Positions 8,212-18,019 of a stretch of DNA of 64,000 bases are shown piece by piece. The translations under genes and the position numbers were made by a program. Position 1 is the stretch's first letter. Each line of letters begins with the position of its first letter. Source of the stretch: Candidatus Angelobacter sp. (GTDB lineage Bacteria > Acidobacteriota > Terriglobia > Terriglobales > Acidobacteriaceae); contig DATEHN010000108.1 in NCBI GenBank assembly GCA_035279585.1, positions 11,554 to 75,553 on the forward strand. Reading direction: 5' to 3'. The notes beneath the pieces are model-generated. The model did no database searches and was not told the origin of the DNA. It saw only the letters and a list, made by a program, of their open reading frames with translations.

Positions 8212-9720
8212 ATGTTAAAAAAATTATTCGCACTGAACTTTATACTCGGCCTGAGCGGAGCGCTGCTCCTGGCGCAACAACCTCAAGGTCCCGGCGGTGA
8301 CAGCAAAGAGCTTCCTACAAAAGTTGAGCGGCTCAACAAAGCGCCGGTGAACAATGAGGTCCTGAAGGTAAAGCTGCCGCATCCGAAAGAATTAACGCTG
8401 CCAAACGGCCTTACCGTCCTGGTCCTGGAGCAGCATCGGCTGCCCACGGTCTATTACGATTTGTGGATCAAGTCCGGCGCGCTTGCCGATCCCAAGGACG
8501 CGCCCGGCCTGGCTTCATTCACTGCCGATCTTCTGCGCGACGGCACAGCCAGGCTCAACAGCACCCAGATTGCAACTGAACTGGATGAAATTGGCGGCAC
8601 CTTTGTGGCGGACGCCAACTTTGGCTCCAACCTGACCACCATTTCAAGCACCGGCCTGAGCCAGTCTGCGGACAAGCTCATGGAACTGATGAGCGACATG
8701 GTGCTCAACCCCAGCTACCCTGAAGACGAGTTGCAGAAATTCAAGCGGCAGGCAGGCGCGCGCCTGTTTCAGGAGCGCTCCAATCCCGGATTTTTGGCTC
8801 GGGAGCGTTTTGCCCGCGCCGTTTATGGCGATTTCGGAGCGGCCATTCAGTCGCCAACGATTGACTCGCTCAAGAAGACCACGCCGGAGGCGCTCAAGGC
8901 CTTTCATGATAAGTATTACGCTCCCAACAACGCCATCCTGGCCATCGCGGGCGATGTGACCATGGCCCAGGCAACCGCGCTGGCCAAAAAATATTTTGGC
9001 GAATGGAAAAATCATCCGGTGGAAGCAGTGGCCATGGGGAGCGTTGCCGGTCCTGCAGGAGCAAAGATTTATCTGGTTGACCGGCCAGGTTCGGTGCAGA
9101 GCAATATCCTGGCAGGCGGGCTTTCACTGCGCCGCTCCGATCCGGACTTTATTCCTCTCTCTGTCACCAACCGCATTTTGGGCGGGGGCGCGGCGGCTCG
9201 GCTCTTCTCCAACCTGCGTGAAGAGAAAGGCTATACCTACGGCGCTTACAGCCGCGTGAGCAGCGACCTTTTTCCCGGAACGTTTGTGGCCAATACCGAG
9301 GTGCGCAACAACGTCACCGATCCTTCTCTGCACGAGCTGATGTACGAGTTCAAGCGTATTCGTGATGAGAAGGTGCCGCAGGCTGAATTGGACGACGCCA
9401 AGCGCTCCATCGTCTCCAGCTTTGCACTTTCACTGGAGAATCCGGCCGGCATCATCAATAACTGGATGGCAGTGAAATATTACGGCCTTCCCAGCGATTA
9501 TTGGGACCATTATTCTGACGAAATAGCCAAGGTCAATGCCGATACCGTGCAACGCATGGCCAAAAAGTATATCGATCTCGATCATCTGCAGATCGTTGTA
9601 GTGGGCGATGCCAAGCAGGTGCGTGAAGGCGTAGCCAAGTACGGCACGCTTGAGATGTTTGACGCTGACGGCAAGCCGGTTGAGGCCAAGGCTGAAGGCG
9701 CCCCGGCGGGAAATAAATAG
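8212..9720 (+). CDS. M16 family peptidase, non-catalytic partner subunit
   Basis: 502 aa starting 9 nt after the preceding M16 gene. It has the M16 fold pattern, but LASFTADLLRDG replaces the HxxEH motif. It carries a signal peptide. Confidence 0.8.
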   Translation: MLKKLFALNFILGLSGALLLAQQPQGPGGDSKELPTKVERLNKAPVNNEVLKVKLPHPKELTLPNGLTVLVLEQHRLPTVYYDLWIKSGALADPKDAPGLASFTADLLRDGTARLNSTQIATELDEIGGTFVADANFGSNLTTISSTGLSQSADKLMELMSDMVLNPSYPEDELQKFKRQAGARLFQERSNPGFLARERFARAVYGDFGAAIQSPTIDSLKKTTPEALKAFHDKYYAPNNAILAIAGDVTMAQATALAKKYFGEWKNHPVEAVAMGSVAGPAGAKIYLVDRPGSVQSNILAGGLSLRRSDPDFIPLSVTNRILGGGAAARLFSNLREEKGYTYGAYSRVSSDLFPGTFVANTEVRNNVTDPSLHELMYEFKRIRDEKVPQAELDDAKRSIVSSFALSLENPAGIINNWMAVKYYGLPSDYWDHYSDEIAKVNADTVQRMAKKYIDLDHLQIVVVGDAKQVREGVAKYGTLEMFDADGKPVEAKAEGAPAGNK

Positions 9721-9737
9721 AAGACAAAATTCCAACA

Positions 9738-9768
9738 GGCCTGGAGCGATCCGGGCCTTTTATTTTTT
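9738..9768 (+). terminator. Rho-independent terminator after the M16 pair
   Basis: GGCCTGG-agcgat-CCGGGCC stem (one G-U pair) followed by TTTTATTTTTT, 18 nt after the stop codon. Confidence 0.7.
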
Positions 9769-9820
9769 GCGCGGTCAGTTACACTGCTGAACAAGCTTAG
9801 ATAATCTGGGCGCGGATAAC

Positions 9821-10675
9821 ATGATCTCGACTGAAAACTCATCGCTCTTGCAGGGCATCAGGATCGTAAGCCTGGCGCTGAACGCGCCGGGGCCGGTTGC
9901 GGCAGCAAGGCTTGCACGGATGGGCGCTGAGGTCACCAAAGTTGAGCCGCCAAGCGGCGATGCTCTGAGCCATGCCGCCCCTGAGTGGTATGCGCAGCTT
10001 TGCAAAAATCAGCGCGTGCTAAAGGTGGACTTGAAAGCTCCGGCGGGAAAGCAAGAGCTGGAAAATCTTTTGGCTAAGGCAGATTTGCTGCTGGCATCGT
10101 TTCGTCCGTCGGCACTAAAGCGGCTTGGGCTGGATTGGGAGGGCCTGCACGTGCGGCATCCAAAGCTGTGCTTTGTTGGGATCATCGGCCATCGCGGACC
10201 CGATGAAGAGCGCAGCGGTCACGATCTGACTTATCAAGCTGACTTCGCCTTGCTGCGGCCGCCGCAGATGCCGTCATCTTTGTTTATTGATCTGGCCGGC
10301 GCGGAGCGAGCGGTGAGCATGGCGCTGGCACTGCTGAATAAAACAGCCCGAACAGGAGAAGCTGGCTGTGCCTGGGTCTCTTTGCATGAATGTGCGCGAG
10401 ACCTGGCTGAACCCATGAACGCAGGCCTGACAAAACCCGGCGGGTTGCTGGGCGGCGGATATCCTCTGTATGGCTTTTACAAAACGAGCGATGGCTGGGT
10501 GGCGATTGCGGCGCTGGAACCGCATTTCGCAGAACGCCTGCTGGCAGAACTCAAGCTTAAACAAGCTGACCGCTCCGAACTCGAAAAGATCTTTCTCCAG
10601 CGCAGCGCAACTGAGTGGGAACGCTGGGCAGCGGAGAGGGATTTGCCGCTGGTGGCGGTAAAGCAAACTGGATGA
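9821..10675 (+). CDS. CoA-transferase family III (CaiB/BaiF-like), short form
   Basis: N-terminal LQGIRIVSLALNAPGPVAAARLARMGAEVTKVEPPSGD matches the family III signature. At 284 aa it is shorter than typical members. Confidence 0.65.
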   Translation: MISTENSSLLQGIRIVSLALNAPGPVAAARLARMGAEVTKVEPPSGDALSHAAPEWYAQLCKNQRVLKVDLKAPAGKQELENLLAKADLLLASFRPSALKRLGLDWEGLHVRHPKLCFVGIIGHRGPDEERSGHDLTYQADFALLRPPQMPSSLFIDLAGAERAVSMALALLNKTARTGEAGCAWVSLHECARDLAEPMNAGLTKPGGLLGGGYPLYGFYKTSDGWVAIAALEPHFAERLLAELKLKQADRSELEKIFLQRSATEWERWAAERDLPLVAVKQTG

Positions 10676-10733
10676 GGCAAGCCGCCTGCGTGTAGGATGC
10701 TCGGTCACTCCTCTACGAGCGAAAGGAATTACT

Positions 10734-11579
10734 GTGTTTCAAAAGAATTTACTCTCCGGCAAGAGAATCCTGGTCACCGGCGGTGCAACCGGCCTGGGCA
10801 AAAGCATGGGCAAGCGATTTCTGGAACTCGGCGCTTCGCTTTACATCTGCGGACGCCGTGAAGATGTTCTGCGTGAAGCCGCCGGCGAGCTGAGCAAGAC
10901 CACCAGCGGCACAGTGAAAACCTTTTCCTGTGACGTACGCGACAACCAGCGTGTAGAAGCGATGATCGAGAGCTTCTGGCAGGATGGCCCGCTGGATGGA
11001 CTGGTAAACAACGCTGCCGGAAATTTCCTTTGCCGGACGGAAGAGCTTTCCATCGGCGCGTTTGAAGCCGTGATCGGCATTGTGCTGATGGGATCCATCC
11101 ACTGCACCATGGCTTGCGGCAAGCGCTGGATCAAAGAGAATCGCAAAGCCACAGTCCTGAACATCACCACAACCTACGCGCAGTGGGGGTCGCCGTATGT
11201 GGTGCCATCGTCGGTGGCGAAGGCGGGTGTCCTGAATATGACGCGCAGCCTGGCCGTTGAGTGGGGTAAATATGGAATTCGGTTCAATGCCATCGCTCCC
11301 GGCCCGGTACCGACAGAAGGCGCATTTTCACGGCTTATGCCGGTGAAGTCGCTGGAAGAAGCAGCCAAGAAGAAAAATCCGCTGGGCCGCTTTGGCACGC
11401 ATGACGAACTGGCCGACCTGGCAGCCTTCCTGATGAGCGACCAGTCCGGCTACGTAAACGGCGAACAGATCGTTATGGACGGCGGCGAACAGCTCAAAGG
11501 CGCCAGTGAGTTCAGCCATATGGGCGATCTGCTGACTGAAGAGCAATGGCAGATGATGAAGCCGAGAAAGAAGAGCTAA
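10734..11579 (+). CDS. Short-chain dehydrogenase/reductase (2,4-dienoyl-CoA reductase-like)
   Basis: GTG start preceded by AAAGGA. Rossmann motif VTGGATGLGKSM and the SDR pattern NNAAGNF...; 281 aa. Confidence 0.8.
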   Translation: MFQKNLLSGKRILVTGGATGLGKSMGKRFLELGASLYICGRREDVLREAAGELSKTTSGTVKTFSCDVRDNQRVEAMIESFWQDGPLDGLVNNAAGNFLCRTEELSIGAFEAVIGIVLMGSIHCTMACGKRWIKENRKATVLNITTTYAQWGSPYVVPSSVAKAGVLNMTRSLAVEWGKYGIRFNAIAPGPVPTEGAFSRLMPVKSLEEAAKKKNPLGRFGTHDELADLAAFLMSDQSGYVNGEQIVMDGGEQLKGASEFSHMGDLLTEEQWQMMKPRKKS

Positions 11580-11735
11580 CGCCCCTCGGCACAGGATTCT
11601 GGACTACTGGAATCGGCGGTCCTTAAAAGACCGTCGAAGGCGATTGTTTCCTTGTAACCGCTGCGCGGTTCACACGTATCTCTTTTTTGGACGGAAAAAT
11701 TCCAAACGCTTTCGTTCACAAGGCAGAGACAAACA

Positions 11736-12440
11736 TTGGTCACCACCACAACCCCAATTCCCGATCAGCCGGCGCCTCGGCGCAAGCTTACGCCATGGCA
11801 GCGCGTATTGGCATGGGTTGTGCGCCTGGCATTGCTTTACGTGCTTTATAGAGTGGTAAGAAATCCGTGGCCGTTGCTTCACAGCAGAGTGTTCCCTGCC
11901 CTGCTTTTGTGGATTGGGTTCAGCGTGTACTGGGGTATTGCAGCGAAAAACCGTGCGCCGGACAAAAGCTCGGAAAGCAAGAAATCTACCGCGTTCCATC
12001 AAATCGTGCTGAATGCAGCGCTTCTTCTGCTCTTGATTCCAGTACCCGGGCTCAAAGGATGGTTCCTGCCTGAGCGGCTTCACTATCTTGTAGCTGCCGG
12101 CGCAATCATCCAGGCAGCGTTCATTCTCCTGGCTATTTGGGCGCGACGCCATTTGGGACGCAATTGGAGCGGAGCAGTAAGGATCGGAGTTGACCACGAG
12201 CTGGTCCGCACTGGACCGTACCGGCTTCTGCGACATCCCATTTACACAGCGATGCTCGGCATGTCCCTGGGAACCGCTATCTCCTCCAGCCAGTATCATG
12301 CGCTGCTTGGATTGGGGATCTTGCTCTTTGCTTACCTGCGAAAGACCCGCATAGAGGAGCAGATCCTGGGCCAGACGTTTGGCGCTGAGTACGAAGCATA
12401 TCGTCGTGACAGCTGGGCGCTGGTGCCGTTAGTATTTTGA
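11736..12440 (+). CDS. Isoprenylcysteine carboxyl / phospholipid methyltransferase family membrane protein
   Basis: Multi-TM protein with the C-terminal motif LVRTGPYRLLRHPIYTAMLGMSLGTAI. The TTG start is uncertain. Confidence 0.7.
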   Translation: MVTTTTPIPDQPAPRRKLTPWQRVLAWVVRLALLYVLYRVVRNPWPLLHSRVFPALLLWIGFSVYWGIAAKNRAPDKSSESKKSTAFHQIVLNAALLLLLIPVPGLKGWFLPERLHYLVAAGAIIQAAFILLAIWARRHLGRNWSGAVRIGVDHELVRTGPYRLLRHPIYTAMLGMSLGTAISSSQYHALLGLGILLFAYLRKTRIEEQILGQTFGAEYEAYRRDSWALVPLVF

Positions 12441-12474
12441 GCACACAATAAATCGGCCAACATTTGAAGATCAG

Positions 12475-13449
12475 CTATACCCCGAACCGCTGCCGGTATG
12501 CGTTGGGAGAAACCCCTGTGTGTCGCCGGAAGAGGCCGCGGAAAAACGCAACATCCTGATAGCCAACAGCGTCACTGATCTCCTGCACCGTCCGATGTCC
12601 GCCTTCCAGCAAGCGCTTGGCGGCGGCAATGCGCAGCTTCTGCAAATACATCAACGGGCTGTCTCCGGTTGCCTGCTTAAAGCGCCTGACGAAATTGCGC
12701 AGGCTCATGCCAACGCTCTGTGCCGGAGCTTCAAGTGGGAAGGTCTTATGAAAGTTGTGGTGCAACCACTCCTGTGCGTTGGAAATGCTCTCATCGTTAT
12801 GCTCGGTCTTGAGCGGGACAATGCCGAAGCCGGCCTGCCACGCGCGCGGTGTATCTATGAGCATGGCCTTGGCGCTTTGCATGGCAACCTCGTGGCCGCA
12901 GAATTTCTCCACCAGATACATGCTGAGATCGAGCGCTGCATGGACGCCCCCACCGCAATAGAAACCGCGGTCCTCAGTAACCATCAACTCCGGCATCCAC
13001 TTCACCCTGGGATACATTTTGCGAAAGCTCTCAGCCAGCCCCCAGTGCGTGGTGGCACGCTTGCCATCAAGCAAGCCGGTGGCGGCAACCAGGCCTACGC
13101 CGGAACAAACGCTGGCAATGGCTGCTCCGCGCTTGTGCCAGCGCCGCAGCCAGGGCATAACCGGTGCGTTGCGCTCCGCAACATGTTCAAGATCGATTCC
13201 GGTGGTGGGAATAAAGATGAGGTCGGCCTTGCGAATCTCTGAGATCGCTGCGTCAGGCTGGATTTTAATAGCTCCATCACAACTCACAGCGTGTCCATTG
13301 ATGGATGCTGTGGTTACGCGAAAGTAAGCAGCCTGGCACGTCCCGGTCAGCATGCCCCATAGCGTGCCGGTGTGGCGAAAGACCTCCATTGGACCAACTG
13401 CGGTGGAAGAAAAAGTTCCGTCAAGAAACAGCACCGTTACGTCTGTCAT
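12475..13449 (-). CDS. GlxA-family transcriptional regulator (DJ-1/PfpI domain + AraC HTH)
   Basis: N-terminal DJ-1/PfpI-like domain (ASVCSGVGLVAATGLLDGKRATTHW). C-terminal AraC-type HTH (LRIAAAKRLL..., VGYQDVAFFRGLFRRHTG). Divergent from the AhpD-like gene at 13611. Confidence 0.85.
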   Translation of the reverse strand: MTDVTVLFLDGTFSSTAVGPMEVFRHTGTLWGMLTGTCQAAYFRVTTASINGHAVSCDGAIKIQPDAAISEIRKADLIFIPTTGIDLEHVAERNAPVMPWLRRWHKRGAAIASVCSGVGLVAATGLLDGKRATTHWGLAESFRKMYPRVKWMPELMVTEDRGFYCGGGVHAALDLSMYLVEKFCGHEVAMQSAKAMLIDTPRAWQAGFGIVPLKTEHNDESISNAQEWLHHNFHKTFPLEAPAQSVGMSLRNFVRRFKQATGDSPLMYLQKLRIAAAKRLLEGGHRTVQEISDAVGYQDVAFFRGLFRRHTGVSPNAYRQRFGV

Positions 13450-13610
13450 GTCATCCTCCGAAGTATCAGAGTCACTTCATCCCACACGATGGCTTAATCA
13501 CCTATCTACAATGTCATATCTGCCACTATCTCGCAAGCCGGCGTAGCGTCTATTCTCAGTACATCGCAAGTACAATTCAAAAAGTTGCGCCCAAAAACAG
13601 GAGGACGTAA

Positions 13611-13943
13611 ATGAGCGAACACTATCATGACCCCGCTGATCTGCGCTTTATAAAAGAGATGGGAAAACTCGCACCCACTGACTTCCACGCCTGGCTTGGG
13701 CTGGACAACATTGTTCGCCGCGAAGACGGCGCCATCCCCAGAAAATACCGCGAGCTGATCGCACTGGCGGTTGCCTGCACCACGCAATGCCCTTACTGCA
13801 TTGAAGTGCATGTAAAAGGCGCGAAAACCGCAGGCGCATCGCGCGAAGAAATTGCCGAAAGCTCACTGGTTGCGGCAGCCCTTCGCGCAGGTGGAGCGGC
13901 AACGCATGGCGCCATGGCGTTGAAGTTCTATGACCAGCTCTGA
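13611..13943 (+). CDS. Carboxymuconolactone decarboxylase (AhpD-like) family protein
   Basis: 110 aa with the CxxC-containing motif ACTTQCPYCIEVH typical of the AhpD/CMD fold. Confidence 0.8.
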   Translation: MSEHYHDPADLRFIKEMGKLAPTDFHAWLGLDNIVRREDGAIPRKYRELIALAVACTTQCPYCIEVHVKGAKTAGASREEIAESSLVAAALRAGGAATHGAMALKFYDQL

Positions 13944-14199
13944 AATCCCGGTACCTCAACGCTGCTGTGTACGCCCTGCTCACGGTCGCAGGAAGTCGGG
14001 TTGTGCCTGGGAGCGCAGGCAGGCGAGAAACGCATTCGCGAGCTTGTAACCGCAGCGGGATTCACCCGCTTCCGGCGCGCTGCTGAAACACCTTTCAACA
14101 TTGTCTATGAGGCTCGGCCATAGATCTGCTGAGTAAACAAACACAGCGGGGATCGTTAAATCCTCGCTGTGTTTGTAACAAATCCGATCGGTACCTAAT

Positions 14200-15048
14200 C
14201 TACATGCCGTGCGCGCTCTGCGCCTGCTCTTCTTCTTTCCATCCCGGTCTTCCAAAAGCATAACGCATTTTAAGCCGCCATGTTGGCGCGTGGCGAAGAT
14301 CGTTCCAGATATCGATCCACTCATGAAACGCGATTCGCAGAGGGTTATAGCTGTTGATGTTTTTGGTCAGGCCGTAGATCACCTTTTCTCTTTCCGGTTC
14401 AAAGGTGCCAAAGAGACGGTCCCAGATGATGAGCACACCGGCATGGTTGCGATCGAGATATTGCTGGTTGGAGCCGTGATGCACGCGATGGTGCGAAGGA
14501 GTATTCATCACCCATTCCAATGGCCCCATGGTGCGGATAAGTTCTGTGTGCACCCAGAATTGGTAGAGCAGGCTGATGGCCTGCATGGTCATGACCATGA
14601 CTGGTTCAAACCCTATGAGAGGCAGCCACAGCCAGAAGATAAAGGACATGAAGCCGCCCGTCCATGTCTGGCGCAAGGCTGTGCCCAGGTTGAAGCGCTG
14701 CGACGAATGATGGATGACGTGCGAGGCCCAAAAGATCCGGCATTCATGGCTGGTGCGGTGAAACCAGTAATAGGTAAAATCTTCAGCAAAAAACAGGATC
14801 GCCCAGGCCCACCACTGGTATCCGATTTTAAAGATGGCAAAGCGGTGGACCGCGGTGTATACGCCAAACACCAAAGTCTTGCTGATGATGCCGAGGAGCA
14901 CGTTGCCGGTGCCCATGCTGAGGCTGGCTGCGGTGTCCTTAAGTTGATAAAGGTCGCGGCGCATGACGGCGTCAAGCACCACTTCCAGCAGCACCAGGGC
15001 AATAAAACCTGGGATAGCCAAATCAACCAGATTGGGAATTTGCGGCAT
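14200..15048 (-). CDS. Fatty acid hydroxylase / sterol desaturase family membrane protein
   Basis: Histidine boxes HRTSHE, HVIHHSS and HHRVHH in a TM protein. The likely start is ATG 15048 (MPQIPNLVDL...), which removes the overlap with the divergent qor gene. Confidence 0.8.
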   Translation of the reverse strand: MPQIPNLVDLAIPGFIALVLLEVVLDAVMRRDLYQLKDTAASLSMGTGNVLLGIISKTLVFGVYTAVHRFAIFKIGYQWWAWAILFFAEDFTYYWFHRTSHECRIFWASHVIHHSSQRFNLGTALRQTWTGGFMSFIFWLWLPLIGFEPVMVMTMQAISLLYQFWVHTELIRTMGPLEWVMNTPSHHRVHHGSNQQYLDRNHAGVLIIWDRLFGTFEPEREKVIYGLTKNINSYNPLRIAFHEWIDIWNDLRHAPTWRLKMRYAFGRPGWKEEEQAQSAHGM

Positions 15049-15226
15049 CTGATCAACTTCTAAAGATTCTGAGAGCAGTGTAGCCGAATTTGCACCTTGG
15101 AAGAAGAATTTCAGTACGCTGAGAAAGACCGCCGGGCTGCACGTTGCAAGTGATCGCCCGCACAAAATGCGCTTCAACCATTACAATTTCACTGCAGCCA
15201 TAATTTCCGGAATCACGGTGGGGCTA

Positions 15227-16195
15227 ATGAAAGCGATTCAAGTACAAAAAACCGGCGGACCTGAAGCTCTAATGCTTGTTGATCTGCTGGCGCCAAAGCC
15301 GAAGGCAAATGAAGTAATCGTGAAGATTGCCGCCTGCGGTGTGAACTTTATTGACATTTACTTCCGCGAAGGCCGGTATCCTTCGTCGCTGCCGTTTGTG
15401 GATGGGCAAGAAGCCGCAGGCACAGTGACCGAGGTGGGCAGCGATGTGAAAACGGTGAAGCCTGGCGATCGCGTGGCGTACACCGGCGCAATAGGCGCTT
15501 ACGCTGAATACTCTGCTGTGCCGGCAGACCGCGTGGTGCACGTGCCCGGCAAGATCACAGATCAGCAGGCGGCAGCGGCTATGCTTCAGGGAATGACGGC
15601 GCATTACCTGGTAAACAGCACGCATCCGCTCAAGAAAGGCGAGACCGCGCTGGTACATGCAGCGGCAGGGGGCGTTGGCCTGCTCTTGCTGCAAATGGGG
15701 CGGGAGATTGGCGCGCGCATGATCGGCACCGTGGGCACCGATGAGAAAGTAAAGCTGGCGCGCGAAGCCGGCGCTGATGCGGTGATCAATTACACCCAGC
15801 AGGATTTTGAAGCTGAGACCAAGCGACTGACTGACGGCAAGGGCGTGAACGTGGTGTATGACGGCGTTGGCCAGAGCACGTTTGAAAAGGGACTAAACGT
15901 GCTCCGCCCCAGGGGACACATGGTGCTCTTTGGCGGAGCAAGCGGCCCAGTGCCTCCGGTGGATCCAATCAAGCTGATGCAGAAAGGTTCGCTTACACTA
16001 ACGCGGCCCAGCCTGACGCACTATATCGCCACGCGCGAGGAGTTGGAGCAGCGCTCGAGTGATGTCTTTAAGATGATTGGCGCAGGCAAGCTCAATTTGC
16101 GGATTGCGCACGTGTACAAGCTTAGCGAAGTTCAGCAGGCGCATCGCGATCTGGAAGCCAGAAAGACCACGGGAAAGATTCTGCTGGCGCCGTAG
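15227..16195 (+). CDS. qor: NADPH:quinone oxidoreductase (zeta-crystallin/MDR family)
   Basis: From ATG 15227 the product reads MKAIQVQKTGGPEAL.... Cofactor motif AAAGGVGLLL, and the C-terminus ends GKILL as is typical of Qor. Confidence 0.8.
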   Translation: MKAIQVQKTGGPEALMLVDLLAPKPKANEVIVKIAACGVNFIDIYFREGRYPSSLPFVDGQEAAGTVTEVGSDVKTVKPGDRVAYTGAIGAYAEYSAVPADRVVHVPGKITDQQAAAAMLQGMTAHYLVNSTHPLKKGETALVHAAAGGVGLLLLQMGREIGARMIGTVGTDEKVKLAREAGADAVINYTQQDFEAETKRLTDGKGVNVVYDGVGQSTFEKGLNVLRPRGHMVLFGGASGPVPPVDPIKLMQKGSLTLTRPSLTHYIATREELEQRSSDVFKMIGAGKLNLRIAHVYKLSEVQQAHRDLEARKTTGKILLAP

Positions 16196-16299
16196 TCCCT
16201 CGATCAGCGGCAACGGTCTACACGCCGGGCCGCATCCAGGAGCCGCGGCATAACGGCTCCAGAATGTACCGGGCGGTTTGGAGCAAGTGACACTCAATT

Positions 16300-16593
16300 A
16301 TGGTCTATGCAATTGCGCAACTGAAGATCACGGACCGCACGGCCTACAACCGCTATCAGCAGCGGTTTATGAGCGTGATGAAGCAGTTCAAAGGTCGTGT
16401 GCTCGCAGCCGACGAGCGTCCACAGATCGTTGAAGGCCGTTGGGACCGCGAAAAGGTCGTGCTGCTCGAGTTCCCTGATGAGACTGCATTCCGCGAATGG
16501 GCGGAGTCGCCCGAATATGTGGAGATCGCGCGGGACCGCAAGGCCGGTTCGGATGCGGTAGTGCTGCTGGTGCAAGGAATCGGCAGCCGATAG
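16300..16593 (+). CDS. DUF1330 domain protein
   Basis: 97 aa. The pattern VYAIAQLKITD...YQQRF...VLLEFPD...AFREWAESPEY matches the DUF1330 layout. Confidence 0.7.
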   Translation: MVYAIAQLKITDRTAYNRYQQRFMSVMKQFKGRVLAADERPQIVEGRWDREKVVLLEFPDETAFREWAESPEYVEIARDRKAGSDAVVLLVQGIGSR

Positions 16594-16631
16594 CCCGACA
16601 CTAAACTTAGAATGGAAACTGAGGAGACATC

Positions 16632-17033
16632 ATGTCCACCTACGGATTCATTGAATATGAAAATGCAAGCCCGGAAGTGAAAGCTGTTTACGATGACATA
16701 AAGGCCACGCGCAAAATCGATAAGGTCACGAATTTCTGGAAGGCGCTGGCGCATGATCCGGCGCGACTGAAACGGACATGGGAAGACACCAAACAGATCA
16801 TGGCTGCCGGCTCGCTTGACGCGCTGACGAAAGAGCTGATTTATGTGGCGGTGAGCGTGAGCAACCAGTGCGATTACTGTGTCGCCGCACATGCCGCAGC
16901 CGCTCGCAAAAAAGGCATGACGGAACAACAGTTCAACGAGATGCTGGCGGTGGTGGGCCTGGCCAATCAAAATAATCGCCTGGTGGCGGGCCACCAGGTG
17001 GAGATTGACGAACAATTTAAAGCGCTGGGATAA
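16632..17033 (+). CDS. Carboxymuconolactone decarboxylase (AhpD-like) family protein
   Basis: 133 aa with the motif SNQCDYCVAAH (CxxC of the AhpD fold). Confidence 0.75.
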   Translation: MSTYGFIEYENASPEVKAVYDDIKATRKIDKVTNFWKALAHDPARLKRTWEDTKQIMAAGSLDALTKELIYVAVSVSNQCDYCVAAHAAAARKKGMTEQQFNEMLAVVGLANQNNRLVAGHQVEIDEQFKALG

Positions 17034-17302
17034 AATTCATTTCATCCTTTCGCAAAAGCCCTGAGCATTTTTTAAAACGTCACTCCATCTTTTCGCCAAA
17101 AGCTTGCAAAGATGGAGCACCTTCTTCTCCTCGCGAACAGCATCACCGATCAATCGCATAAGTGTTTGTTAATAAATTTTTCAGTGGCTTTGTTTTTTAC
17201 ACAATTTCCTCAGTCAGCAATTCTGCAAATCACTAAAATGAAACGTTGGCCTTCCGAAACTTCCGGACAGTCCATTGGGGCCAACATCAAAGGAGAAGAT
17301 CA

Positions 17303-17797
17303 ATGCCTACTTCTGTAAAACCAATTCCTGAGGGGTTCCACACTATCCAGCCAAGCCTGGTTGTACGCAATGCGGTACAGGCCATTGATTTTTACAAGAA
17401 AGCGCTCGGCGCGCAGGAGATTTCGCGTATGCCTGGCCCAGACGGAAAAATCATGCATGCTGAGCTGAGAATCGGGGACTCAGTCCTCTTTCTCTCTGAA
17501 GAGAGCCCAAACATGGGGTTCGCGAAATCACCGCAAACCCTGGGCGGTTGTACCGGTTCACTGAACGTCTATGTTCCTGACGTTGATCAGGTGTTCAAGC
17601 AGGCCATTTCTGCCGGAGCAAAAGAGACAATGCCGGTGGCTGACCAGTTCTGGGGCGACCGCTACGGCAGCATTACCGATCCTTTTGGTTATGTCTGGGG
17701 CATTGCCACACACAAAGAAAATCTCTCGAATGACGAAATCCAAAAACGCGCGCGGAACTTCTTTGCTGAGATGGCGCAGCAGAGAAAGACAGCCTAG
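17303..17797 (+). CDS. VOC/glyoxalase superfamily protein (PhnB-like)
   Basis: ATG 17303 is preceded by AAAGGAGAAG. The product reads MPTSVKPIPEGFHTIQPSLVVRNAVQAIDFYKKALGA...HAELRIGDS...DQFWGDRYG, typical of PhnB-like VOC proteins. Confidence 0.75.
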   Translation: MPTSVKPIPEGFHTIQPSLVVRNAVQAIDFYKKALGAQEISRMPGPDGKIMHAELRIGDSVLFLSEESPNMGFAKSPQTLGGCTGSLNVYVPDVDQVFKQAISAGAKETMPVADQFWGDRYGSITDPFGYVWGIATHKENLSNDEIQKRARNFFAEMAQQRKTA

Positions 17798-17964
17798 CCG
17801 TTTAAGTTCATGTAGATCTTTTGCGGGTGGTCAAAGCTCCAGCCTGGAGATCACCCGCAAAGCTGTTCCCTGCCTGATTCCAGTAATCAATTCCCTATGA
17901 TCAAAACGACCTGACCCTCTGATTCAAGCAGCGCCGATTAGTTTTCATCGGCACCTGATCCACA

Positions 17965-17996
17965 CAAAAAACGGCGCACCTCTTGCAAGATGCGCC
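17965..17996 (-). terminator. Rho-independent terminator after htrA
   Basis: On the minus strand GGCGCA-tcttgcaagagg-TGCGCC is followed by GTTTTTTGTG, about 25 nt after the htrA stop. Confidence 0.7.
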
Positions 17997-18019
17997 AATC
18001 ACCACATCAGGATGAATAC

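Noticed and set aside
12520-13242. 240-aa plus-strand ORF
   Set aside because: It is antisense to the GlxA/AraC regulator gene, which has clear DJ-1 and HTH motifs.
14209-15063. 284-aa plus-strand ORF
   Set aside because: It is antisense to the sterol-desaturase-family gene, which has three histidine boxes.
16356-17015. 219-aa minus-strand ORF
   Set aside because: It is antisense to both the DUF1330 and AhpD-like genes and has no motifs.
17083-17117. Perfect 10-bp inverted repeat CTCCATCTTT...AAAGATGGAG as terminator of the AhpD-like gene
   Set aside because: No U-tract follows on either strand, so it was not called a terminator. It may be an operator or RNA element in the 270-bp spacer before the VOC gene, but I cannot support a function.
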